A stretch of DNA of 64,000 nt from positions 168,828,001 through 168,892,000 of the forward strand of contig NC_058368.1 of the NCBI RefSeq assembly GCF_018350175.1, written 5' to 3'. The DNA is from Felis catus. Taxonomy: Eukaryota. This document shows, one piece after another, positions 1 to 13,516 of the stretch (position 1 is its first letter; each line of letters begins with the position of its first letter). The notes beneath the pieces were generated by a model. The model ran no database searches and was not told where the DNA came from. It was given only the letters and a program-made list of their open reading frames with translations. The position numbers were made by a program, and so were the translations under genes.

Positions 1-154
1 AAGGTTGGATATAAATTCAATTCTGGTAAACTTAATCTTATTTTATACTATGGAAAAAGAGCTTTAATTCCTTAAATCTTTTAACTAGGAAAGTAATCTT
101 CCAGGAATGTACATAATATCCACATTTTGGTAGTTTCTAAAGTTCTTATTTCTT

Positions 155-378
155 TTTTTTTTTTTTTAATTTTTTTTTTCAACGTTTATTTTTGGGACAG
201 AGAGAGACAGAGCATGAACGGGGGAGGGGCAGAGAGAGAGGGAGACACAGAATCGGAAACAGGCTCCAGGCTCCGAGCCATCAGCCCAGAGCCCGACGCG
301 GGGCTCGAACTCACAGACCGCGAGATCGTGACCTGGCTGAAGTCGGACGCTTAACCGACTGCGCCACCCAGGCGCCCC
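155..378 (-). mobile_element. Young felid Can-SINE (SINEC_Fc-type)
   Basis: tRNA-derived head (reverse complement ggggcgcctgggtggcgcagtcggttaagc), CT-rich tract, poly(A) tail, CpGs intact; TSD taaagttcttatttctt at 138-154 and 379-395. Confidence 0.95.
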
Positions 379-1288
379 TAAAGTTCTTATTTCTTAACAT
401 AGTTTTCTTAGAGCACATTCATATTGGCATGTGTACATATCACCTGTTTATGTATGGGCAAGCACTTTGTGAACAATCAGAAAGAAGTTTTTATTATATT
501 ACGTTGCATTCCATTGCTTCCTGCATTGAAATGTGTGGCCAACAAGATATTTTTTAATGCTAAATTTATTGTTATCAATTCATCCATATGGTTATTGTAT
601 GCCTATTTTAAATAGGAAGACAGAGGAAAGGGGTTGTGTCACAGTTTGAGAAAATGTTACCTCTGTGATGTTTTGAAATCACGAAGTGTAAGAGTTGAGC
701 ATGCTGATATTTGTTGTTTGTCACTGTGCATTTTATTTCTTTGTTAATGGTGTGTGAATGACTAGGTGCTTTTAGTGAAAGAATAATACACGAATAACCC
801 CAGTAATAGAAATACCAACTACTACTATATTGATAAATAGGAAATATTTATCAATCATCTGAGGTGGTCTTCAGATATTTATTACTATATTGGATATAAT
901 ATAATATCTTCAAACTTTCAACATTTTTTATTTTGGAAGATTTATCAAATGGGACATATATAAACATAATGTAAATGCATTTCTTGTTCATTAACTCACA
1001 CATATCTCATGCTTTATTTCTTTTGGTTATCATTTGGCAAAATGCATTCCAGGTCCTTTTAGTTTTTCATTTTCTTCCTTTCTTGTTTTTTCCAAACTGT
1101 TTTTTTAACAGTTTGAATTTTGTTTAATCATTATAAAAAGTAAGTTCTCAATGGAAAGGTAAAATTTTTCAGCATGTTGGAGTTTTATTTATATATTTAG
1201 TTTTACTTTTACCATCGTATCCATTCAGTGGTGTTAAGTATATTCATATTGTTGTGCAATAATAGTAAATTTTCTTATTGGAACCTAA

Positions 1289-1527
<239 letters not shown>

Positions 1528-2938
1528 AAGAATGCTTTGGGAGTTAACATTTACCACAACAAATAAAGTTCTTAGATTATTTATAGAAGTTTGGAAACAT
1601 AAGGACTTTGTGATTACCACTAGTGCTAATATAACTAAGGCAGCTAGTTCCTTGGTTTTATTAGGATGGGTTGCCTTTTTATTCAGTGTTTGCTGGTTTA
1701 CAAATGGCCTGTTCTTGTTTTTTTTTTTTTTTTCCTTCCCAGTTTTCCTTGAAACACTTGAGGCCTTTCTTTTACTTTGTAAGGTTCAGACTTTAAAAGG
1801 TTCAGTTTATGAAATATTCTAAGATGTAAAAATCAAAGAATATGTCCAGCAATTATGAATAAATTAGAATTTTAATTTTGGATGTTAAGTTTACAATATG
1901 TTATAAGACACTTGAAATTAAAAAAAAACTATACTATTCAAATACAATAAATTGTAAGTTTCTTATGTGGGGACAAGCAGTGAGGTGAGAGATTGTTCTG
2001 GGTAATTTTTAACTGTAAGATCTAACACAGAACGCATTACGTTCATATGCTTTAAGAGATTAATAAGGTTTGGAATGGGTATGAAGAAGGTTTGTGTTTT
2101 AAGATAAAATCTGTGGGGCTTGGACCAAAGTGCAGCAATGGAGCTGGGTTGGCTTCTGAGTACTTTTGATGTTTCAGAAATTGACCTGGGGTAGGTAAGA
2201 GTCCTTTTCTTTGGAGGCCATCTACTATCAAGAACAGTGTGGCCATAAACAGCTATACAACCTGGTAGGTTAATATCTGCTAATTTGATTTTTATATATC
2301 TAGGAATGACTTTTAATATGAAGGAAGTGTTATTTGGAAGAATGCTAATGTATAATTGAGATTCAGAAAAAGAAATTAAAAAAAACTGTTGCTATCCTTT
2401 GTTAGACTAGAAGTAATGTCTGTATTTGTTCTCACATTCTGTTACTAAGGGGCTGAGCCTTGACATTGCTTTCACAGAAGATTTTGAAAGTCAATTGCTA
2501 AACACTAATTCTGTGGCTAAGACATTGGCCTTCTTGAACAGTTTTCTAGAACTATGTGATTGGTTCATTCTTCATTTATATATTTCTCTTTGCTTTTCCC
2601 CCCATTTTAATTTGAGAAAACCTTATAAAAATTCTCTGTTAGTTTAAAACAGGTGTTCATATTTTTCTGTAGTAAAACAGAGATGTTTGTCAGTGTTTCC
2701 TCTTCCATCAATGGGTAACTGCTGTTGTTCTGCAGAATTCTAGGGATTCTTTTCTTTAAGATGAGCAATTCCCATGGCTTCATGTACTGTTTACGTATCA
2801 GTGACTTCCAAATTTATATTTCTAGCTTACATTTATATCTTTCCCAAAAGACATAAGAGATTTTTCCACTCTTTACCTAAAACTTGATTTTATCACCTTT
2901 AACCCCAAAATTTGTTCTTCCTTTTTTATTAAATGGTA

Positions 2939-3140
2939 CAAGTTTTCCTCACTATCCAAGTAGAGTGTTTCTCTGAAATCTTTTGTAAGCAAAAGGCATA
3001 AAGCAAAGAAGCAATTACAATTTCATAAAAGTGAAAATTTTCTTCGAATTTCTTTCGGTTAACAAAAACAGGTACTAATTTAAGTCTTTTGTAAAAGCAG
3101 AGTGACCTAAAGCAAACTTTTGGATAATAGGGGAAACCTG
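2939..3140. mobile_element. TcMar/Tigger-like MITE inserted in an L2 relic
   Basis: Imperfect TIRs (caagttttcctcactatccaa at the left end; reverse complement caggtttcccctattatccaa at the right end) and TA TSD at 2937-2938 and 3141-3142. Removing it restores L2-like aaatggtaccacc. Confidence 0.75.
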
Positions 3141-4489
3141 TACCACCAAATATTTAGCTTCTCAAACCATAAGTCTGGAGTTTGTTTTCGACATCTCCTC
3201 TACCATAGCCCTCTCACTAGCACTATAAGTGACAGGAGTTTTGTATACTTAACCTGTACATGTAAAAGTTTGAACTTTAATTCCAGCATGAAATAAATTT
3301 CAGTGCAGTTCTAGCCATGTTAGGTCAACAAGATATACAACTGGGTTTTCAGAAATATTGATAGCCCATTTTACAGCCAACCAAATATTTGCATTTTCTA
3401 CTTGCTTAGCCAGGTCTAAATTGAGAGACCAAAGCCATAAAAGAGACACATAAAAATGCAGATCTGGGTTTTGTAGGAATATATAATTTCAAATAAAGCT
3501 ATATCCTTCTCTATATAAAAATTTCCATGAAACGAGCCTAGATAAATGGAGTAGATTGTCTGGACTGTTACATGGCCAATTATTCTCTTTCTCTCAAACT
3601 CCCAGCACTGGCTGTGGAGCTGATTATCTATCTCATCATTTTATATAGCACTGGCTATGAAAATAACTTCTATAGACTGAAAGCCCTGGAAGATTAAGGA
3701 GCTATGTATGATTGTTTTATGAGGTAGAAATTTGAAGTTTATCCAGCTGATTTTTAACCTGATCTAAAGTACTGTACTTGAAATATGCAGTTTGTTATCT
3801 GTTTGTTGTAAATATTGTTATGCATTTTATTTAATGAAGCATATTACTCATTTAAAAGAAAACCACAAAAAAGAGTTGTGAAAATTAGACAGTTTTCAAT
3901 TATGAGTGAATAACAAACTGACATGGATTATATTATGGTGGTATTATCTATTATATATCTTCCTTTGAGAAATTATTTATAGTCTTATAACTTGAATCTA
4001 TTTCTTGATTTAATTTGTGCAAGAAGTTAATGTCTTTGACCATATAATATGCTATAAAACATCTCATTTCTGTCTTGCCAGTCTTCATTTTTAGCCTACA
4101 TAAAGAGTGCTATTTTGGTCTCAATCTAATTTCTGTTTATAGCAACTGACTTCTCAGTTCCTATTTCTTTCTTTCTTACCCATGAAAATATATCATCATA
4201 ATGCCTAACTGGAGGACACCGTGGCCACAGGATTATCTTTCTTATCTTCAGAAGTACAAGAAACTAGACAATCTAGAATTAGAGGAATTATTTAACTTTC
4301 TCATGATAATAAAGCTAGTGCCCAAGCCATTTCTCCCTCACCCTCCACTGGCTGATTTCTCCTGTGCTGCTTCCCACAGTTTGTGGAAAAGAATGGAGGA
4401 TGAAAAGCACTGTTGTAACAGGGGTTATTGATCACCCATCACCATCCTTCTTCTGTTAGCAAGCACATTGGAGATGCACAGAACCTGTT

Positions 4490-4805
4490 CTTTACTGAGT
4501 TCAGTTTCTATTCCAATGTCATTCATCACAGAGGCCTTTTCTGACTACCTTGTGTGAAATAATACCTCACTTCCTTATTATTCCCCTCTTCTGCTTCTTA
4601 ATATCTCTTTGCTGCAGTTGTATTTACTTGAAATTATTTTATATGATATAGTTTTACTAGTCTGTCTTCCCCAAGTGGAATATAAGTTCCATAAAGGCCA
4701 GAATTATATTTAACATTTAGTGCAGCTGTAGCCCCCGTGCTTAGAATAGTGCCTGCTTATAGCAGAGGTTCATTAAATATTTGTTGAAGCATTGAATTCA
4801 TTGAG
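4490..4805 (+). mobile_element. L2 LINE 3' end relic
   Basis: gtctgtcttcccc...tataagttccat...gtgcctg...cattaaatatttgttgaa, typical L2 3' terminus. Confidence 0.65.
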
Positions 4806-4894
4806 CAATTGTTAGACGAGGGGCTTGCTGAGCTTTTCATATGCGTTATCTCATTTAATCCTTACATATTCCTATGAAGTATTATAACTAGCCC

Positions 4895-5331
4895 CATAGC
4901 AGCACTATCAACAATAGCCAAAGTATGGAAAGAGCCCAGTGCCCTTCGATGGATGAATGGATAAAGAAGATGTGGTATATATATACAATAGAGTATTACT
5001 CGGCAATCAAGAAGAATGAAGTCTTGCCATTTGCAACTATGTAGATGGAACTAGAGGATATAATGCTAAGTGAAATTAGTCAGAGAGACACAAATATCAC
5101 ATGACTTCACTCATATGAGGACTTTTAAGAGACAAGACAGATGAACATAAGGGAAGGGAAAGAAAAATAGTATAAAAACACAGAGGGGGACAAAACATAA
5201 GAGACTCTTAAATATGGAGAACAGAGGGTTGCTGGAGGGGTTGTGGGAGGGGGGATGAGCTAAATGGGTAAGGGGCATTAAGGAATCTACTCCTTAAACC
5301 ATTGTTGCAGTATATGCTAACTTGGATGTAA

Positions 5332-5364
<33 letters not shown>
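4895..5364 (+). mobile_element. 5'-truncated felid L1 (ORF2 tail + 3'UTR) splitting a MIR
   Basis: catagcagcactatcaacaatagccaaagtatggaaagagccc...gaatggataaagaagatgtgg...; tail converted to (AAT)n at ~5332-5364. MIR halves at ~4830-4885 and ~5370-5495. Confidence 0.9.
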
Positions 5365-5366
<2 letters not shown>

Positions 5367-5870
5367 TCAGTGTTGTTTTTATCCCCATACAATATTATGA
5401 ATGAGGAGCTGAAGCTTAAAATCATAAATGACTTGCAGAAGATAACAGAACAATTAAGAGGCAGAGCTACGAGCCCATGTTCTTACCTACTATCTGCGTA
5501 GACTACAGAGTCTAGACTTTAGAGACTAGAATAAACTGCTTATTTTAAGGAACAAGGGTGTGGGTTTAAGGAAAAGGAAATATCTTTGATTTCATAAATG
5601 TTAAATTGAAAAAAAGACTGTAAAATATCAAAAACTATACTACGAGTCTTTATGAAAAGAAAATCAATAAACAGTAATATTGGGTGGCAATGCTGGGATT
5701 TGAGGTAAAATATAAGGACTTGATAAAATTTAGTTAAGAAAGATACATAGTTCAACATTAACATTTAAATGGTGACTTGAAGTTTGTCGTGTTAAATTTA
5801 ATATTTCTTCATATTTAGCTGTTTTTTTAAAGAAATTTCTTTTAGAATGGAAATTAAAGTTCATGAATAA

Positions 5871-6071
5871 GGGGAGCCTGGGTGGCTCAGTTGATTGAGC
5901 CATCCAACTTCGACTCACAGTTTGTGAGTTTGAGCCCCATGTCAGGCCCTGTGCTAACAGCTCGGAGCCTTCAGCCTGCTTTGGATTCTGTGTCTCCCTC
6001 TCTCTCTGCCCATCCCTCACTAGTACTCTGTCTCTTTCTCTCAAAAATAAATAAAAACATATAAAAAAAGA
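5871..6071 (+). mobile_element. Can-SINE
   Basis: ggggagcctgggtggctcag head, CT tract, A tail; TSD taaagt(t/g)catg(a/t)ataa at 5855-5870 and 6072-6087. Confidence 0.92.
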
Positions 6072-6236
6072 TAAAGTGCATGTATAAATTCAGGTGAGTT
6101 AGGCAATGAGCCTTTAAATTGAACTTTAGACAAATGACTTGCCTGCCAGCTTAAATCAAGTAACTGTGGCATTTTATCAGAATTTAGTGTGGGATGCCAG
6201 AACAGTAGAGGCAGAATTTTGCAGAGAGTAAGTCTT

Positions 6237-6316
6237 CCTTCCTTCCTTCCTTCCTTCCTTCCTTCCTTCCTTCCTTCCTTCCTTCCTTTCTTTCTTTCTT
6301 TCCTTCTTTCTTTCTT
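6237..6316. repeat. (CCTT)n/(CTTT)n microsatellite derived from a SINE tail
   Basis: Direct tandem repeat lying between the left TSD and the body of the older SINE. Confidence 0.9.
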
Positions 6317-6332
6317 TTTAGTGTTTATTTTT

Positions 6333-6550
6333 TTTTAATTTTTTTTTCAACGTTTATTTATTTTTGGGACAGAGAGAGACAGAGCATGAACGGGGGAGGA
6401 GCAGAGAGAGAGGGAGACACAGAATCGGAAACAGGCTCCAGGCTCTGAGCCATCAGCCCAGAGCTTGACGCGGGGCTCGAACCCACGGACCGCGAGATCA
6501 TGACCTGGCTGAAGTCGGACGCTTAACCGACTGCGCCACCCAGGCGCCCC
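6333..6550 (-). mobile_element. Young Can-SINE nested in the tail of an older SINE
   Basis: Near-consensus CpG-rich copy; perfect TSD tttagtgtttattttt at 6317-6332 and 6551-6566. Confidence 0.95.
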
Positions 6551-6772
6551 TTTAGTGTTTATTTTTGAGAGAGAGCGAGAGCATGAGCAGGGGATGGGGA
6601 GAGAATGGAGAGTGGGGCAGAGGATCTGAAGCAGGCTCTGCACTGACAGCAGTCAGCCTGACTTGGGGCTCGACATGGGGCTTGATGTGAGGCTGAAACT
6701 CATAAACCATGAGATATGACATGAACCAAAACCAAGAGTGGGACACTTAACTGACAAGCCACCCAGACACCC
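6551..6772 (-). mobile_element. Older Can-SINE (host of the nested copy)
   Basis: Diverged SINE body; outer TSD agagagtaagtctt at 6223-6236 and 6773-6786. Confidence 0.9.
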
Positions 6773-7327
6773 AGAGAGTAAGTCTTTCTGTGACAGAGAC
6801 TAACTTGTGAAGAGACAAGTTTGTGGCAACAGCGTTCATGTTGGACACATGTACACAAACAACAGTTCGTACAAGAGAAAAGCTATACTTTTAATTAGGT
6901 CTTCTCTTCATGTTCTTGGTTTCAGATCATTTAAAGACTATTTTACTTTATAGTTAAGTAACATAGCTTGCTTCTTCCAATATTACTGTTTAATAATTTT
7001 CCTCTTTTGGAATCTTGAGATACAGTTTTTGATAGGTTGAAGTCTTTTTCAATTTAACATTTTATGAAATTAGAGACTTCTTTTTCCTCAAATCTATATC
7101 CATGTTCCTTAATTATGTAATTAAATTATTAAAATAATATAAAAATTTAATAAAGAAATGACTGGAAAATATATGTGACTTAATATTTATTTGTTTAGCA
7201 AATATTTAGTTAACACACACTCTGCTGAGCAGTGATCTATACTATGTTGGAGTGCAATAAATGCTATGCAAATGAAGCCCATCAAGCAGATAATGACCTG
7301 AGTGTGATGGTGAGGTCAGAGGTTAGG

Positions 7328-7331
<4 letters not shown>

Positions 7332-7365
<34 letters not shown>
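7332..7365. repeat. (GT)n microsatellite
   Basis: Pure GT run. Confidence 0.95.
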
Positions 7366-7366
<1 letters not shown>

Positions 7367-7959
7367 TAGGGAACAGCTGGTTTTTTAAATCATTGTGATC
7401 CAAGAAGGCCTCCTAATAAATTTGGAAGAGAAAAGTGAACGAAACCAAAGACTTGTCCGTAGGGTTATATGCAGGAGCAATAGTAAAAGCATTTAACAGC
7501 GCAGCATGAATACTGGGCCTGTGAGAACAGATGCCAACTCCAAGGCCCTAGAGCCATGCTCGTGTTTCATTGGGTCAGTATCTTTCTTCCATGAGTGTCT
7601 GGGGAAAGAGTGTTCCTAGGTATAACTGAGGAGCTGCAGAAGCTAGTGTGGCAGGAACAGTGTAGACAAATGGAGTGATTGCAGGTAAGCGCAGATTTGT
7701 ATTAATTTAATAACTAATGTATACGATCTTAAAAGGTCAGTTATTTATCACATAATTTAAAAAATTCATTTCATTTAGGTAAAAGCTCTGTATAAAATTT
7801 TGTAAGTTTTCATGGTGAGTCTCTTCAAAACAAAATATTTATGTTTAATAGTGTCAATTAATTTCACGGGAATATTTTTGTAGTCATATGGCTATCTAAA
7901 TAAAGTAAAACCAATGTTCTTCATTTCTAAGAACTTTTTCTCCCAGCCCATTGTTGTTT

Positions 7960-8750
7960 TTTTTAAATTCTCGTTTTGTTTATTTTTACCCCCACATGCC
8001 ACCAAGCACTTAATTCCATTTGGACATGGTCTACCTGGAGATAGAGTTAGATCCCATAGGTTAAGGGCTCAATCCTACAAGTCTCCCCACTCCTCTGCTC
8101 AACTTCAGATGCCAATCTTAAAACCAGGTTGTCACTATGCTTCTGATATCCTAGTGATGGATTGGAGGTTCCAACAACCTTCTCCTTAGGTTCAATTAAC
8201 TTGCTAGAGTGCCTCCCAGCACTCAGAAAAACATTCTACTTAATAGATGACCAGTTGGATACAAAAGGACATAACTCAGGAAGAGCCAGATGTCAGAGAT
8301 GCATAAGGCAAGGTATGTGGGAAGGGCAACGGCACTTTCTTGATGTCTAAAGGCACAACTGTTCCCAAATTTCCACACCTTTACCAACCTGAAAGATCTC
8401 CCTACACTGTCTTTTTGGGTTTATATGGAGGCTTCATTACATAGGCATGCTTGATTAAATCATTGACAACTGGAGCTTGAACTCATTATCCAACCTGTCT
8501 TCCCTCCTAACCTCCCTCCTGGAGGTTAAGAGGTTGGGACTGAAAACTCCAACCCTCAAATCACAAGGTTGGTTTTCATGGCACTAGCCCTATCTTTAGG
8601 TTACCTAGAGCTGTCTAACCATGACTCAGCGTAACAAAGGACACCTTTGTGGCTCTGAGCACTTAGGAATTTCCAAGGGTTTTAGGAGCCTTGTGCCAGA
8701 AATTGAGACAAAGACAAAATACAATTTCCTACTATAAATCATAATCACAC
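7960..8750 (-). mobile_element. MER21-family solo LTR
   Basis: ctacctggagatagagttagatcccataggttaagggctc...cagatgccaatc...ggaatttccaagggttttaggagc...aaatcataatcaca resembles the reverse complement of recalled MER21B/C. Confidence 0.75.
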
Positions 8751-10185
8751 TCAGTAATATTATTTTAGGAGGCATCTAGCTAGCTCTGCTTTTGCAATTA
8801 ATCCTCTTATGCTGTCATTTTATATGAGATATTTAGAAAGTACTGTGTGTTTAAAATTTGAAGACAGATAAGTGATTTATTTATTTATTTTTAGCTCTTG
8901 AAAATGAGATATCATGTCAAATTAGATTTCCAATTACAGAGACCACAGTTTGGAAAAAAAAAAAGTTCTGATATAGAATGCTCACTGTTAAGATTTCTAC
9001 TTAATTGCCTCTTTAAGATCAGTTATTAGCTCCACTGAAGAGCACAAAAAATTACAGACTATCCTCCTTAGGATAAATTCATCAAGAATACATAAATCAC
9101 CCTGTGGACCTCCGAATTGAGCAGAAAGAATCCACTTTTCAATGCCAGTTTTCACCACTCCCAACCATGTGATTTGGGGCAGGTCAACCCCCAAGTCATT
9201 TTCTGCCTACAATAATCCTACATGGTTGTTTTAAGTATCATGTAAGAAAATCTGTGTGGCTATGTGTTGGAAACTGTAGAATAGCGTATTCTTTCTTCTT
9301 TAAAAACTTTTTCATGTGACAAATAACTCACAACAGAAGGTTTGGAAAAGGTAAAGGTAAAATTTGGAAGATTTTAAATTATGAAGGAAGAAAAAAACGT
9401 TGAGTACATAGTCTGGTAATAATATTCTACTTCTGTTATTTTATTAAATTTTTTCAACAACTGTGCATTGAGTATTATTATCCCCATTATTAGATTAGGA
9501 AAGTCAAAGATCATAATTTACCCTAAATCACATTTCTTGTAAATTTTTGAGGTGTGTCCTGAAACTGATTCTGTTATATTTATCACCTTTTTACTACAAC
9601 CTCCACTAGAATAAGTTATAATCTATAGCCTCAGTAACATCAGTAGTTTAACAACATTTTTTTTTTTGCTATAGTCCAATACTCCTGCACCAGAATATAA
9701 CAGTGAACTTGACAGTTATGGTGTCATCCTTTATGAAAATTAGTCCCGCAGGAACTATATAACATGTTGTGCTAAGGGAAATAGAGGGTAATATTTGAAT
9801 ATTTAGCCTTCATTTAGCATAGTCAGGAAAGTCAAATTAAACTTGAATTTTAGGCTTGATCTATTTAATAAAAGAACCCTGTCATAGTGCATTTAACACA
9901 TAGACTGACTTCCAGTTTTTTTTTTAATCTCAAACTTTACCAACAGTTATTTTGAGGAAGAGCAATGTTAGGCTTAAAAAAATTAATAGGCCTTGGAGAC
10001 CACTAATGTTCCTTAAATGACCTCTCAGGGGTATTTCATCCATAAACCTACTTCATACTTTCTTAAATATTATGATTTTTCAGTCTAAGGAGTTAGATCT
10101 TAAAGTAATCCTTCCATATATTTCTTACCTTGTAAACATTTTCGGCATGGCATGATAGGAATAACTCATTTGAATTAAAAAAAAA

Positions 10186-10404
10186 TTGTTCCCAATGTTT
10201 GTTTATTTTTTTTTTTTGAGAGACAGAGACAGAGAGTATGAGCGGGGGAGGGGCAGAGAGAGAGGGGGACAGAGAATCCAAAGCAGGCTCCAGGCTCTGA
10301 GCTGTCAGCACAGACCCTGACGTGGGGCTCCAACCCACAAACCATGAGATCATGACGTCAGCTGAAGTCGGACACTTAACTGACTGAGCCACCCAGGAGC
10401 CACC
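10186..10404 (-). mobile_element. Can-SINE
   Basis: T tail, GA-rich tract, tRNA-derived head. Confidence 0.92.
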
Positions 10405-10959
10405 CTCTATTGGAATTTTTTAAATGCAAGTAGAAGGGCAGGGTTTGGTATTAATAGCCCATTGTCTGAAGTGTGTAATTTCATCATTTTAAAGTATTTA
10501 TGAAAATTTTCTATGTGCATGGACTCAGGGAACCATGTAGAAATGTATAAGAAGGTATATAAGAAGATTTCTGGTATGAACATGGTTGTGTGACTTAGCA
10601 TTTTTTTTCCCTCTTCCCTGCTGGAAACCATAGCAAAGAGAACAACAAAAGTAAAATGTCCATAAACTGCATTCTTCGTGAAACTAAGAACCATATGTAA
10701 TTCATCGACTTCAAAGTACATGTTGTGGTAGTCAACCTTTGACTGGGTGGAAGTTGTATAGCACAAAGTTAAGACATGACCAGATAGCCCCGCTGCTGTA
10801 GATCTTACCAAACTGCAGCAAAAACACCTTTTGAAAGAGGAATTTACCCTAAAGTTCTTGGCTATATTCTTTGCTTGCATCAATGAATGTGGGAAATGGG
10901 TGGGGGAAATAAATTTTACGCATAAATTAAGTGATTCAGCCAAACTTGCAGTCAGAAGA

Positions 10960-11760
10960 AAATTTAGAGTCTTAAGTAGTTACATCAATAAAACAACAAC
11001 AAAAAATAATTGGGTGAAGCATACAACTCAAAAAATTAGGAAAAACAAATCCATAATTAAATAAAAGTATAGCAGAAGGAATAAATTAACAAAGATAAAA
11101 CCATAAAGAGATGAATTAGAAAAAGAGAAAACAAAAAATATATATAATAACTGCTTTTGAAAAGATCAATACATAATTAAAAACACTTGCTAATTTAATC
11201 AGTAAAAACTCATATCACAAGAATGCCAGTTCCTTTAATATACAAAGAGCCTCTAGAAGTTGTTTAAAAAAATAGATAACCAAATAGAAAAATTGTTAAT
11301 GGGCATGGGTGGATAGTTAAAAAAATAAAAATACAAATGGCTTTTAAAGATATGGCAGGTAATTACTTAACTCAGTGGAATAAATGGAAATTAAAACTAA
11401 GGAAATATCATGTTTTCACTTACTAGATTGGCATAAAGTTACAATTTAATAGTTCACTTTCTTGGCAAAGATGTGCAAAAAGGCCTTTAGATACTTTGCT
11501 AATGAGAATATAAATTAGAAAAATCTCTGTAGAAGGCAAATTGACAAAATCCATCAAAATTATAAAATGTACGTACACCTTTGACTTAGCATTAACACTT
11601 CAGTAATCTATCCTTTGTGTTTGTATATGTATGAAATGGTGTCAGCACAAGGTTAGTCACTTCAGCATTATTTGTAATATTGGAAATAATTGAAATGTTC
11701 ATTAATAGGTGTCTAGTTAAATTGAACATGGTACTCCATCTGATGGAGTACTGTAAATGA
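10960..11760 (+). mobile_element. Ancient L1 (L1ME-like) fragments
   Basis: A-rich degenerate ORF2/3' motifs (caactcaaaaaattagg, tttgaaaagatcaat, ttcagcattatttgtaat, atggtactccatctgatggagtact). Confidence 0.6.
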
Positions 11761-11789
11761 GGAACTCCAAGATGCATTGTGGTTGTTTT

Positions 11790-11832
11790 CAATTTTTAAT
11801 TTTTTTCATGTTTATTTATTTATTTTAAGAGA

Positions 11833-11863
<31 letters not shown>

Positions 11864-11996
11864 CCAGACAGTGGGGAAGGAGAGAGAGGAAGAGAGAGAA
11901 TCCCAAGCAGTCTCCACACTGTCAGTGAGACAAACTGTGAGATCATCACCTGAGCTGAAATCAGGAGTTCCATGCTTAATGACTGAGCCACCCCCA
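11790..11996 (-). mobile_element. Can-SINE
   Basis: T tail, (GA)n tract, ...gactgagccaccc head. Confidence 0.88.
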
Positions 11997-12024
11997 CGGT
12001 GCACTGTTAATAAAAGAAACTAAA

Positions 12025-12206
12025 GGGTTGTCTGGGTGGCTCAGGTGGTTAAGCTTCCAACTTCAGCTTAGGTCATTCGTTTGAGCCCTGCATTGGGCTC
12101 TGCACTAGTGGTGCAGAGCCTGCTTGGGATTCTGTCTCTTTGCCTTTTCCTCACTTGAGTGCACTCTCTCTCTCTCAAAATAAATAAATAAATAAACTTA
12201 AAAAAA
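12025..12206 (+). mobile_element. Can-SINE
   Basis: Perfect TSD aataaaagaaactaaa at 12009-12024 and 12207-12222. Confidence 0.9.
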
Positions 12207-12898
12207 AATAAAAGAAACTAAACTATAAAACAGAGTTTATGTCATGTTATCTTTTGTATAAAAAAGTGTGGGGAGTATAAAATTATATGTCTGGGTTTGC
12301 TTTTAATGATAAAGAAACTTTAAATATATACTCAAGAAACTACCACTACTGATAATATCTAACGGAGGATACACATGTTTTGGTGGGTTTGAAGTTGTCA
12401 GCAGAGGTCTAAGGGAAATTTTTTACTGTTTACATTTATTGTATTTTACTGTTTATTCTGTTTTATTTTTTGAAGACACTGTGAATGTTTTATCCATTCA
12501 AAACTTTAAAAAGTATTGAAACCATGACACCTGCTCTTAAGGAGTTATAATTTTTTAGGGAGATGCTTTATCAAAAAATTATTGTTAAAAGGATAAAATG
12601 TTCATGTTCTATATTGTTAAAGAAGAAATAATTTGTAAAATAGTGCTACGGTATTATCCTTTTTTCAAAAAATGAAATGTACATACACATAGAAAATGCA
12701 CGTACATATGTATACGGAAGAGTTCAAAGACTATACTCCAGAATATTATGATTATCTCCAATTGGAGGAGTTATGGGTAACTTCTTTTGACTTAAGTTTG
12801 TTTTTTAGATTTTTTATTCAACATGTTATTTTGGTAATGTTAAAATTTTTTCAAAGCAATATTTTATGATAATATTTAGTAGAACACTATAAAGCAGC

Positions 12899-13094
12899 AT
12901 TTTTTAAATTTAAATTTTAGTTTTAGAGAGAAACCATGGATGGGGGAGAGGAACAGAGGGGGGGAGAGAGAGAGAGAATCTTAAGCAGGCTCCACTCTCA
13001 GTGTGGAGCCCAGCATGGGGCTTGATCCCACCATCCTGTGATCATGACCTGAGCCGAAATTAAGAGTCGACCACTTAAATGACTGAGCCACCCA
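12899..13094 (-). mobile_element. Can-SINE (older subfamily)
   Basis: agagaatcttaagcaggctcc...gatcatgacctgagccgaa...gactgagccaccca. Confidence 0.88.
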
Positions 13095-13516
13095 TCTCTT
13101 TTAATGTCTTTTCATATTTTGAACTTAGACATTGGGAGCTTATTTGATGTTCTCTGGGTCTAAGGTAGTGAGATCTAGAAAGCAAGAAATGTCTCTACCA
13201 AAGAAAAGACAAAGGCACCCTGACAGAGAATATTCTTTATGTTGGTACTTGTGTAATTCAAACAAGAGAGAAGGGGTCAATAGAATACCAGGGCAAGAAG
13301 TAGTAAGGTAAGGAATAGGTGAGGTGAGTTGATAAGATATAGAAGTACACCAAATTAGTCTCTTCAGCCACATTAACCCTCTTCTTTACAACTATTCTCC
13401 TCTTGCTGGCTCTACAGCCTGCAGCCTGCAACAACTTCTGAGATAGAAAACCCCTGATGATGATGTGTAATTTCCATTTTAATTTGTCAATTTTATATAA
13501 TGTAGATATTTATAAA

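Noticed and set aside
127..557. Recurrent ORFs such as GQRETEHERGRGRERGRHRIGNRLQA (also at 44360, 45242 and others)
   Set aside because: Translations of Can-SINE sequence, not a gene family.
10407..10943. 178-aa minus-strand ORF, the longest non-L1 ORF
   Set aside because: Non-ATG start, no recognisable domain, antisense to FER and adjacent to old L1 relic sequence; consistent with chance.
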